Origin: Roseibacillus sp.
GTDB lineage: Bacteria; Verrucomicrobiota; Verrucomicrobiia; Verrucomicrobiales; Akkermansiaceae
DNA: 64,000 nucleotides
Assembly (NCBI GenBank): GCA_051251855.1
Contig: JBPOGI010000001.1
Span: 1,504,001-1,568,000 of the forward strand
Direction: 5' to 3'
Shown here: piece after piece, positions 28,382-36,866 of the stretch
Layout: every line of letters starts with the position of its first letter
Position numbering within the stretch: position 1 is the stretch's first letter
Made by a program: the position numbers and the translations under genes
Notes under the pieces: generated by a model
What the model was told of the DNA's origin: nothing
What the model saw: the letters and a program-made list of their open reading frames with translations, nothing else
The model's database searches: none

Positions 28382-31300
28382 TCAGATTTCTTCTGTTGCG
28401 AGCCAACGAAAGCTCACGACTTGGAAGCGACGACCGAAGTCTTTATTCACTTCTGACTTAAGATCCTTAGTCGCGGTGTAAGAGGCATCGGCAGAATCCA
28501 AATACTCCGATCGTCGCTGAACCGTGGCCTCGCAAACGGCAACAGCCACAACCTTCCCACTCTTATCGACAGACTGTCCCATCGCACGCACCGCAAAGAA
28601 GTCTGAGCGCGGTTGAATGATTGGCGCGAGGGCCTGTAAAACATCACTCTGCAACACATAACCCGCGAACCCAGCCGCAGTCCCCTCATTTCCTTCGATC
28701 GCTTTCGAGAAAAGCGCCCCTTGAGGCTGGTCGGCTTGTTCGCCGACATTGTCTACCAACGATGAATTCAAGGCCTTGTCCAACGCCGCCTGTAAAACCC
28801 CTTTACGCCGATACTCCTCCTGATCCGAGTCAGGATCGCGATTGACAAATTCCGCTAAAGAACGAAACGGTCCCCGTTGTCTGATCTCTTCTACAATATT
28901 CTCCGCAAGCGAATCCAATTCCTCGTCTGTAATTTTCCGGAAACCGCTCCAGAATGATGGTGATGTGGGACTATCGCCCCCAGTCCAACCCACACTCTGC
29001 ATCGGATGACCAAAGCGAGGCAATCGAACACCATCGCCAGTCTCCCAAGAGACCTCGCTGCCATCCTCACTTAGAACTGGCATCTCGAACCTAGCCAAGC
29101 TGGAGAGAAGAGCTTTCCAAGATTCCTTCGACGTCGAGTTTACATTGAAAGCTCCTTTGATACCTATCCTGGCGGAAATCTCGCGATGGCCATTGCCCTC
29201 ATACCCTTCGAGGATTTCTCCAATCGACTCTTCCCGATCAGTAGACATGAATTGATGGCGACGATTGACGAGCTCGATTTCTCTACTCAATAACTTTTCA
29301 ACGGGATAAGCCTCATCGATATCATCTCCTCCCCCTTCGCTGTAATCCGCGCCCAAGGTAGAGAAAAAATTGTCGTCCCAAATCGACTCGTTGACCGAGT
29401 GCGAGATGTCCACCATGCGAAATCCAGGAACACCCGCAAAGTCGTCTACAAATGTTTGCTCGAGAGGAATTCGAATACTGGCGTAGGAATTACCAAACGG
29501 AAAAGCAGGTTCAAATCCATAACGGGATAACTGAGCATGTTGAAATTGGCCTAAGGAAACCAAAGGCGCTCGGGGAACATCGAAAAGAGGCACGTGGGTA
29601 TTTCCTGCTGAGGAGGTAGAAAAACCGCCAAACATGCGATAGCGCCCGTTGGAAAGCGTAGCTTCGGGAAAAGCTCCCGCCTCATCCTGTCCCTCCGCTA
29701 CCAGCCCACGTCCGGGAGGACCTCCATCCCATGGTTCACTGTCATAGGTCCCTCCCAAAAGAGGAGAGATAAAGTGAAAACCGTCTTCTTGGCTTTCGGT
29801 GGTCTCCGAGCCGTCCCAAAGAGGATTCATAGGACCAAAGCGCGGATTACTATCAACCCATGTCCGAATCTGTTGAGAACCAGCATCGCCGCTCGCAGGC
29901 TTTGCGTCCGTCGCAGTTCGGGTGAAGAAGCGCCACGTTCCAATATGATACGGTGTCAAAGCCAACAACCCGACAGGAACTCGGTCAGCAGCAGAAGCGC
30001 CCCCCGTCTTGACCCACGTGCTCACCACCGGTTCGGGTACGACATAGGTATTTCCATTTTGAACTCCCGTCGAATCCCGCCCAGATTCTGTCATCGGCTG
30101 CCAGATATCAGAAATTCGATGAGCGATATTTTGCGCTCCGCCACCCACCGTAATGTAAGATGAAGTCACTCCATCTAAAATATCATCTCCAAAGTACTCA
30201 CGAGTCCGTGGCTTGACCGAATCCTCGAGGTAAGCACCACCGTAGAATACCTCACTACTATCAGGCACAATTATGGGTTCGCCGGGCTCGTCCTGATCAT
30301 TGGTTCCGTCTCCTTGACTTGCCTCGCTGTATACCAAATCGAAGTCAAATCCACCTTCTTCGCTCCATGTTGGCACCAGCTTGTTGACCCGTTCCATATC
30401 AGCCCTCTCACCTACCGAGAAAAGAAGGAACTCTCCTGGCTCAAAATCAATATCTGGAGTCTGCAACAAAAGCCGTGAGCCATCGTTGTCAGCGGTTGCT
30501 ACTCCCCCCCCCTGCTTCCAGTGTTCCCTCATCCAGACGTTCGTTCGGATCCGGCGCTCCCTGGTAAAGTGATGATCTCCCTCTCCACGGATTCTGGGAC
30601 AGTCCGCATTGATTCGAATATGGGGATAAAGAGCCCACTGCACCTGAATGGACTTTGCTTGAATCTTAACATTGTAGGGATTCCAAAAACCAAGCAATGG
30701 CTTCATTTGCAATTGAAGCTGGTTTCCCATGCGCTGAGGATCGGTTCCCGGAATCGGGGCAGGTTTGGCCGCAATTCGAAAGCCCATCTGCATCATGGCA
30801 AGGACTGGTTGCAAGCTTGAGTTCGTATGCTGAATATCGCGAGACCAAGTGCCACTGTCATGATTGCTATAGGGCGCCCAGTCATTGGTCCGAAGGTCTG
30901 ATGACAAGCCGGGGTTGAAAGAAAATGGAGCAGCCGAACCATCGGCCACGTGCTCCCAAAGACGACCAAAGTTATAAAGATTCCCCCAGTTGGGGCCAGT
31001 TTCAAATCCGCGCTCACTACTGGCTTCAGGAGAGATGAAAAACGTTTCCGCATCCTCAATGTCACTAAAATCATAGATAGGAGCCCCCCTCCGCGAAAGA
31101 CGCTTGGCAGTTGGCATCGCTCCCAGGTGCTCGCTCAGCATTTTCGTATTCTCCTGCTGGGAACTATCGAAGACAACCGACAGATCCGCCTTCATTCCCC
31201 CTTTGATCACATTGACTGGCAAACCATAACCACCGAGGGTCAACTCATGACGAAACTTGTTAGAAATCTTACCCGCCCCTTCCTCAGAAAACAGATCGAG

Positions 31301-32017
31301 TGAACCTATGGTAGGTAATCGTTCTTTGTCAAAATCAGGAGAATCAACGAAAGCCAACTCCCCTTGGTCAGCTCCTCCTCCGAACGATTCGAAGAAGGCT
31401 TCCTGAGTCACACTCGCATTGGCCAACCTCTGCTGTTCGGAGGGTTTCTCCGAACCTTTCAAATCCACCCTCGTTTTGGTTCCTTCGTCAGAAACCCACC
31501 AGGCATATCTTCCGAAAACCTTTTCGTCCGCGACAAGGTCCACCAAGGGAACTCTCACTTCGTCTTCCGGCTTGTTTCCCGAGAAGACTACAATTGATTT
31601 GTCGCTACTCCCATTGGGGGTGTGATATCCAGCAGGGTGACTACCCCCATCCAAGTCGTTGTAGCTGAGAGTCTCATTACCACTCACCAACCAAGCGGGT
31701 TCACCGTCCTCAGCTTGTGTCCCCCAAACTCCTGTCCAATGTTGTTCACCGGCAGTCGGACCGAGTAAACCACTTGTTCCCGTTACCCGTTGATCAGGAC
31801 CAGCATACTTTTGCAAAGCTCCAATTGCCTGAATGAGAGCCAGACGCGCATTGGCTTGCGCCTCAAGCTGCGACTGACTGGCAGAAGTGGCCCTGAGGGT
31901 GGCACTGCTTAAACTCAACAATCCCACCGCAATCAACGAAAGCAGCACCATCATTGTGACTGTGACAATCAGAGAAAAACCCGACGGTTGTTCAAGTGCT
32001 GATCTTTGAATCTTCAT
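28382..32017 (-). CDS. Giant protein with PilX/GspK-like prepilin leader, copy 2
   Basis: PSG|FSLIVTVTMMVLLSLIAVGLL, AQANARLAL, GAFNVNSTS, RGPFRSLAEFVNR, FGRRFQVVSFRWL. Confidence 0.8.
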   Translation of the reverse strand: MKIQRSALEQPSGFSLIVTVTMMVLLSLIAVGLLSLSSATLRATSASQSQLEAQANARLALIQAIGALQKYAGPDQRVTGTSGLLGPTAGEQHWTGVWGTQAEDGEPAWLVSGNETLSYNDLDGGSHPAGYHTPNGSSDKSIVVFSGNKPEDEVRVPLVDLVADEKVFGRYAWWVSDEGTKTRVDLKGSEKPSEQQRLANASVTQEAFFESFGGGADQGELAFVDSPDFDKERLPTIGSLDLFSEEGAGKISNKFRHELTLGGYGLPVNVIKGGMKADLSVVFDSSQQENTKMLSEHLGAMPTAKRLSRRGAPIYDFSDIEDAETFFISPEASSERGFETGPNWGNLYNFGRLWEHVADGSAAPFSFNPGLSSDLRTNDWAPYSNHDSGTWSRDIQHTNSSLQPVLAMMQMGFRIAAKPAPIPGTDPQRMGNQLQLQMKPLLGFWNPYNVKIQAKSIQVQWALYPHIRINADCPRIRGEGDHHFTRERRIRTNVWMREHWKQGGGVATADNDGSRLLLQTPDIDFEPGEFLLFSVGERADMERVNKLVPTWSEEGGFDFDLVYSEASQGDGTNDQDEPGEPIIVPDSSEVFYGGAYLEDSVKPRTREYFGDDILDGVTSSYITVGGGAQNIAHRISDIWQPMTESGRDSTGVQNGNTYVVPEPVVSTWVKTGGASAADRVPVGLLALTPYHIGTWRFFTRTATDAKPASGDAGSQQIRTWVDSNPRFGPMNPLWDGSETTESQEDGFHFISPLLGGTYDSEPWDGGPPGRGLVAEGQDEAGAFPEATLSNGRYRMFGGFSTSSAGNTHVPLFDVPRAPLVSLGQFQHAQLSRYGFEPAFPFGNSYASIRIPLEQTFVDDFAGVPGFRMVDISHSVNESIWDDNFFSTLGADYSEGGGDDIDEAYPVEKLLSREIELVNRRHQFMSTDREESIGEILEGYEGNGHREISARIGIKGAFNVNSTSKESWKALLSSLARFEMPVLSEDGSEVSWETGDGVRLPRFGHPMQSVGWTGGDSPTSPSFWSGFRKITDEELDSLAENIVEEIRQRGPFRSLAEFVNRDPDSDQEEYRRKGVLQAALDKALNSSLVDNVGEQADQPQGALFSKAIEGNEGTAAGFAGYVLQSDVLQALAPIIQPRSDFFAVRAMGQSVDKSGKVVAVAVCEATVQRRSEYLDSADASYTATKDLKSEVNKDFGRRFQVVSFRWLATEEI

Positions 32018-32075
32018 TTTGTTTTCGGATTCGAGAGTAAAGAGAAGTAAGTTCCGTGGGGCTTGGATTGATTAA

Positions 32076-32107
32076 GAGGTGGCCCAGTATGGAAACCAGA
32101 CCACCTC
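32076..32107 (-). terminator. Intergenic stem-loop (weak terminator or mRNA-stabilising hairpin)
   Basis: Minus strand GAGGTGGTCTGG-tttccata-CTGGGCCACCTC with G-U pairs and a poor U tail. Confidence 0.5.
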
Positions 32108-32129
32108 GTGGATTGCCCGGAAAGGATAA

Positions 32130-34202
32130 CTAGGGACGCTCGACGCGGTAGAAACGCTTAGTTTGGCCAACTGCACTAGCATCAGTAAAGGTCAGGGTAG
32201 TGGAAGCACCAGTTCCTGGTCCAGAAGTCACCAAATTGGCGGAGAATGGGTCCCCGTCCAAATCGCTGGAAGCACGCACCTCGTAGCTCACCGCATCTTC
32301 AGAGTTGAAGGTGATAGAACCAGCCCCAGTAGTTGGGTCAAAGGAACAATCTGTGATAACAATTTCATCGGAAGGAACCACCACTTCGGTATCCAGAATC
32401 GAGCCATTGATAACAACTTCGTCCACCCAAGAGGCAGGCGCATTGTTGAAGGCGGCACTGAAACCGATTTCAGCCAACTTTTCGTTGCCACCGGTCGGTG
32501 CACCTACTCGCCAGAGCGAGAATGGCTCGGAAGTAGCCACGGTAGCTCCGATATCATCTTGAATTTCAAGAACAGTGCTCGGATAGGGAGTGCCCCACCC
32601 TTTTCCTGTTATCTTCAGCTTGTGAACAATTCTAGTATCACCGGCTTCAAAGATGCCATTTCCATTCACATCAGTAGAAGCGGCCAAGGCCCCTCCCATC
32701 TGTGCATCACTGAGAACATTGTCCCAGGTGAAACCTGCTTCATTACCATTTCGTGCCTGCCAGTTTCCACCTTGGTAGCGGAGGTTCAATCGCTGGGAAA
32801 CTACGCCCTCGGAATCAACACTAGAGAGAATCACGCTGAAAAGACGCTGCCCAGCTGTGCCTTCGGAAATCGCAAAGTCACAATTGACTTCAAAGTTGCT
32901 CAACTGCGTGGGCAAGTCCGCACTCATGTCGGAACCAGCTGACCCACCCGGATTGTTGGGGTTGTCAGTGATGCCTCCGGCTACTCCCTGCAAGAAGGCT
33001 GCGGTAGTGCTTCCCGCCAGTAGACCGGGCACATCCATCACCTCTGCCGCCGCTGCGAAGTCGTCATCGACCTCATCCCAGTCCGCGAACGTATCCAAGT
33101 CATCTCCCGGGCTCGTGCCGGGAGTTTCGAAGTCTCCGTTGACGAGCACATCACTCGCCGTCGAAATCGGCACTCCGCCCGCTACCACGACATCGAAGGT
33201 GGCATTATCAGGGTCATTGCTGGAGATGGTTAAAGTTCCTTCTTCGTAGTCTCCGCCAGCAGTGCTGTCCCAGGAGACCGTGATTGTTTCTTGCGCTCCC
33301 GGCGCGACCGAAAATGCTCCTGCGGGAGAAGTCACTGAAAATCCAGTTCCGGCAACAGCGATTCCGCTCACCTCAAGGTTGTTGACCTCGGCATCATTGC
33401 TGATGACGAAGGTGGTCGTACCAGTTGTTGCAGGACTCTCGGGGCAAATGAAATCCGGATTCTCATCAACAACGATGGTAGGAACGTTGTCTACGATTGG
33501 GGCATCATCGATGGTCACCACAATGGCATCAATTCGCGGGAAAAGACTAGCCCCGTCCCCCTGAACAAACTGAAAGCCGAAATAGAGAGTCTTCCCAATA
33601 TCGTCGGCCGTTATCTCATAGAGATTCTCGACGTTTCGGATCGTCCATTGCCCATCGTTGGCTCGGTCAACCTCGTAGTCATCTTGGCCGAGAATCGTAG
33701 TCTCACTTCGGACCAGAATTTCATCAACAGGAACTTGGGAACCCAAATCTTCGATAGTCTCGAAGATAAAGGTCTGCATGACCTCGTCTCCGTCCCAATT
33801 TGCTGCTCCACCGCCGGCACCGAAATCATAGCTCACCTTGAATACTTGGCCCACATCCCCTGCCACGACAGTGTGACCGACATCATTGGCTGCAAAGCGA
33901 TTATTGAAAGGCATCGCTGCAACTACGGGAGGATGAGCTGGATCCGTTGAACCATTACTTGCAGTACTAAAAGTAAAAAACTGGGAAGACTCATCGCTTC
34001 CATCAGCACTGCCCGTGATGAAAAACCAATTGGGAGTATCCGTGTAATTCGCTCGGTCCGAGTTTGTCGAGTTGGACAAATCAGAAGCGTTAAAATTCGC
34101 ATTGCCGACGGTACCGCCAATGACGGTAGTTTGACCGACTGCGACTGCAGATAGCGACATCAGGAATGCTCCTGCCAATAATCGAGTTTTCGTATATTTC
34201 AT
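32130..34202 (-). CDS. Multidomain acidic surface protein (GSTGN..FPRxD domain, Ig-like domain, beta-sandwich, C-terminal FYRV domain)
   Basis: Signal peptide, Ig-like segment FSVAPGAQETITV...GTLTISSNDPD, LVNGDFE, and C-terminus KRFYRVERP. Confidence 0.82.
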   Translation of the reverse strand: MKYTKTRLLAGAFLMSLSAVAVGQTTVIGGTVGNANFNASDLSNSTNSDRANYTDTPNWFFITGSADGSDESSQFFTFSTASNGSTDPAHPPVVAAMPFNNRFAANDVGHTVVAGDVGQVFKVSYDFGAGGGAANWDGDEVMQTFIFETIEDLGSQVPVDEILVRSETTILGQDDYEVDRANDGQWTIRNVENLYEITADDIGKTLYFGFQFVQGDGASLFPRIDAIVVTIDDAPIVDNVPTIVVDENPDFICPESPATTGTTTFVISNDAEVNNLEVSGIAVAGTGFSVTSPAGAFSVAPGAQETITVSWDSTAGGDYEEGTLTISSNDPDNATFDVVVAGGVPISTASDVLVNGDFETPGTSPGDDLDTFADWDEVDDDFAAAAEVMDVPGLLAGSTTAAFLQGVAGGITDNPNNPGGSAGSDMSADLPTQLSNFEVNCDFAISEGTAGQRLFSVILSSVDSEGVVSQRLNLRYQGGNWQARNGNEAGFTWDNVLSDAQMGGALAASTDVNGNGIFEAGDTRIVHKLKITGKGWGTPYPSTVLEIQDDIGATVATSEPFSLWRVGAPTGGNEKLAEIGFSAAFNNAPASWVDEVVINGSILDTEVVVPSDEIVITDCSFDPTTGAGSITFNSEDAVSYEVRASSDLDGDPFSANLVTSGPGTGASTTLTFTDASAVGQTKRFYRVERP

Positions 34203-34210
34203 GGTTTCTA

Positions 34211-34638
34211 GGTTCAGCTTAGTTCTATGCGGTAATTTTCCCTGAGGATTGGCACATCATCACAAAAACATTGCGAATCGTAGTGGAGGCAGCCCTTCTT
34301 GCTGATTTTAGCAACTTGGAAAACCTCACTGCAGATGGATATAACGTGCAAAGACACCACTTAGTAACTCCACTACCGATGCAAACCTAACGCAATCCGG
34401 GCCAATTTTTACAACGGAGGATGAAATTCGTAAGATTACCATAGTTGGAGGAACGGAATGTCCAACTTTCGAGGGATACACGCGAGATAAGAGTGAAGAA
34501 AGAGAGCGTCCCCCACTCCGACTTTTCCCTCACCCCCCTCTTCTCTACCCGTATTCGAGACCCAAAAGGAGAAACCATTGGCCCCAGGAAGTCCTCGCTT
34601 GGCACCGGCTCCTTTTAGCAATATGACTAAGCTGAACC
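34211..34638. repeat. Perfect 13-bp inverted repeat flanking a divergent promoter region
   Basis: GGTTCAGCTTAGT at 34211-34223 and ACTAAGCTGAACC at 34626-34638. Confidence 0.7.
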
Positions 34639-34651
34639 GCCAGTCTCCTTC

Positions 34652-35572
34652 ATGTCTCTTGTCACCTCTCGCGAAATATTTCCTGATCGTTCTGTCCCCG
34701 TGGCAGTGGATTCAGTGACCGAGCGCCGCCAGATTCAGAGCAACCTTCATCGTCACGAATACCTCGAACTCCTCTTTGTTTATCGCGGGTCCCTCGTCAA
34801 CAAGTTCGTGAATAGTGAAATTTCCCTCGCTGCAGGCGATTTGGTTCTACTGAAGCCCTACGTCCGACACTTTCTTGAACTTGAAAACAATCAGGCACCC
34901 ATGCTCGCCTACTGTTGCAGCTTCCTCCCCGAAATCGTCGATTCTGGCATTCGCTCACTTTCGGAGGCCTCGGGAGCCAATCCCGGCCATCGCTACCTTT
35001 TTCAACCCTTTCTCGCCCTAACTGACGAGAACACCTCAGCGGTACAAATTCAACTGTCCAAAGCCGAACGAGAGGAAGTTTGCGAGCGACTTTCAATTCT
35101 CAGCGAATTATCGAAGAATCCCGATGCCAGCGCGAGTGCTCAAATCCGCTGTCGTTTCCAAAGTCTCCTAGCCTACATCTCCGACTATTGCACCCGTTCC
35201 GGCCAGACTCCCGATCAGATTCAGGCCGGCTCCGCAGGCACCAACGCTCGCTTCCGACCAAAATTACAAAAGACGCTGAACTACATTCATGATCACGCGG
35301 ACGAATCGCTGGCACTCAAAGAGATGGCCTCCATGTCCGGCACCTCCCCCACCTATTTTTGCCAGCTTTTCAAGCACGAAACAGGAATGACTTTCCTGCA
35401 ATACCTTAACGACTTGCGGATCCAGAATGCTTGCACCCTGCTCCGCGAGTCAGGAGACAGCATCACCGAAATTTGCTACCGGGTAGGCTTCAATGATTAC
35501 TCGCACTTTAGTCGCCTCTTCAAAAAGCACGTTGGCCAATCAGCAGCTGAATTTCGGAAAAAGGGGGCTTAA
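34652..35572 (+). CDS. AraC-family regulator with cupin sensor domain
   Basis: LHRHEYLELLFV and a C-terminal double HTH (YFCQLFKHETG, ITEICYRVGFNDYSHFSRLFKK). Confidence 0.95.
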   Translation: MSLVTSREIFPDRSVPVAVDSVTERRQIQSNLHRHEYLELLFVYRGSLVNKFVNSEISLAAGDLVLLKPYVRHFLELENNQAPMLAYCCSFLPEIVDSGIRSLSEASGANPGHRYLFQPFLALTDENTSAVQIQLSKAEREEVCERLSILSELSKNPDASASAQIRCRFQSLLAYISDYCTRSGQTPDQIQAGSAGTNARFRPKLQKTLNYIHDHADESLALKEMASMSGTSPTYFCQLFKHETGMTFLQYLNDLRIQNACTLLRESGDSITEICYRVGFNDYSHFSRLFKKHVGQSAAEFRKKGA

Positions 35573-35591
35573 TCCACTTTCTTGCAGCGCT

Positions 35592-35630
35592 CCAGAGATT
35601 AGCAATGCCAATTGCAAAATGTGCAATGTC
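35592..35630 (+). promoter_or_regulatory. Putative AraC-type operator (direct repeat)
   Basis: GCAATG at 35602 and 35623 (21-bp period), between the AraC gene and the catabolic operon. Confidence 0.4.
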
Positions 35631-35690
35631 CCCCCATTCATTGTCCGCTAGTTTTCAAATGTCGTCTAGCAGACCCAACGCGCGCCTAAC

Positions 35691-36857
35691 ATGACTATCA
35701 CCTCTTCCAAAATCACGGCCATTCGAACCTATCGTCTGCAGCACGAACTGGAGGAACCTTTTGGCTTTTCGCAATGGTTCTACGACAAGCGAAATGCACT
35801 CTTGGTTGAGATTGAAGACAGCGATGGAAACGTTGGCTGGGGTGAATGCTATGGTCCCTCAGAGGTAACCCAATCCGGTCTCCACTCTTTCTATGCCCCC
35901 TTGCTCATTGGCTGGGACCCTTTGCAGAATGAGGCCGCATGGCAACACTGCTGGCGCGCCTCTCTAGACTTTGCCCGCAAAGGAGTGATGATGGGAGCAA
36001 TATCTGGCATAGATATGGCGCTGTTAGACCTCAAGGGCAAAATTCTGGGCGTCTCCGCTTCTGAACTCATGGGTGGCCGCGTTCGCGACTCCATCGATTG
36101 CTACGCCACTGGAATGTATTTCAAGAACGCCTCTGAGTCCGAATTGTTAGATACCATTCTCAAAGAGGCCGCTGGCTACGTCGACCTTGGTTACGGCGCC
36201 CTTAAAATTAAGGTCGGAAAGAACATGGCCTTTGATGAAAAGCAGGTCCGCGCTATGCGGGAAACATTCCCCGATATCACTCTGATGGCGGATTCCAATC
36301 ATGCCTATGACCTTCCCGAAGCCATCGCGATGGGTCGGGTGCTCGACGAATGCAGATACTCTTGGTTTGAGGAGCCGCTCTCTCCCAATCATGCCGGCCT
36401 TTTTGGCAAGCTCGCTGAAAAACTGGACATCCCCCTTGCAGCCGGCGAATGCGAGCAAACCCGATGGGGTTTTCAAGACCTGGTCAGCGCTGGTGGTATT
36501 CATATCGCCCAGCCAGACCTCGCCTACTGTGGCGGACCCACCGAGGCTCTCAAAATTCGCGCCATCACCTCCTCTCATGGAGTCAACGTTCTCCCTCACG
36601 CTTGGGGCACCATGCTCAACCTCGCTTCCGCCACCCACTTCCTCGCCAGCACCTACGTCGAGCCTGGTCGTGCCGAAGCCGCGCATCCGCTTCTCGAAGT
36701 CGATCGCACTCCCAACCCCCTGCGCGATGAAATGTATTCAACCGCTCTCGAAATCGAGAATGGCGTAGTATCCGTACCCACCGCACCAGGCCTCGGAGTT
36801 GAACCCGACCGAAAGGCGCTCGAAAATTTCTGCGTTCAAAAAACCGAACAAAAGTAA
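35691..36857 (+). CDS. Mandelate racemase/enolase superfamily enzyme, probable 3,6-anhydro-galactonate cycloisomerase (DauB-like)
   Basis: GWGEC, ISGIDMALLDLKGK, YATG, KIK, DSN, WFEEP, GE, QPD, PHAWG. Substrate inferred from context. Confidence 0.75.
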   Translation: MTITSSKITAIRTYRLQHELEEPFGFSQWFYDKRNALLVEIEDSDGNVGWGECYGPSEVTQSGLHSFYAPLLIGWDPLQNEAAWQHCWRASLDFARKGVMMGAISGIDMALLDLKGKILGVSASELMGGRVRDSIDCYATGMYFKNASESELLDTILKEAAGYVDLGYGALKIKVGKNMAFDEKQVRAMRETFPDITLMADSNHAYDLPEAIAMGRVLDECRYSWFEEPLSPNHAGLFGKLAEKLDIPLAAGECEQTRWGFQDLVSAGGIHIAQPDLAYCGGPTEALKIRAITSSHGVNVLPHAWGTMLNLASATHFLASTYVEPGRAEAAHPLLEVDRTPNPLRDEMYSTALEIENGVVSVPTAPGLGVEPDRKALENFCVQKTEQK

Positions 36858-36866
36858 CCCGTCGCT

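Noticed and set aside
34283..34291. GTGGAGGC match to the tmRNA 3' end as a possible att repeat
   Set aside because: Only 8 nt, which is expected by chance.
34310..34400. GCAAA/GGAAAACC words suggestive of a c-di-GMP-I riboswitch
   Set aside because: The required paired stems and tetraloop/receptor could not be built.
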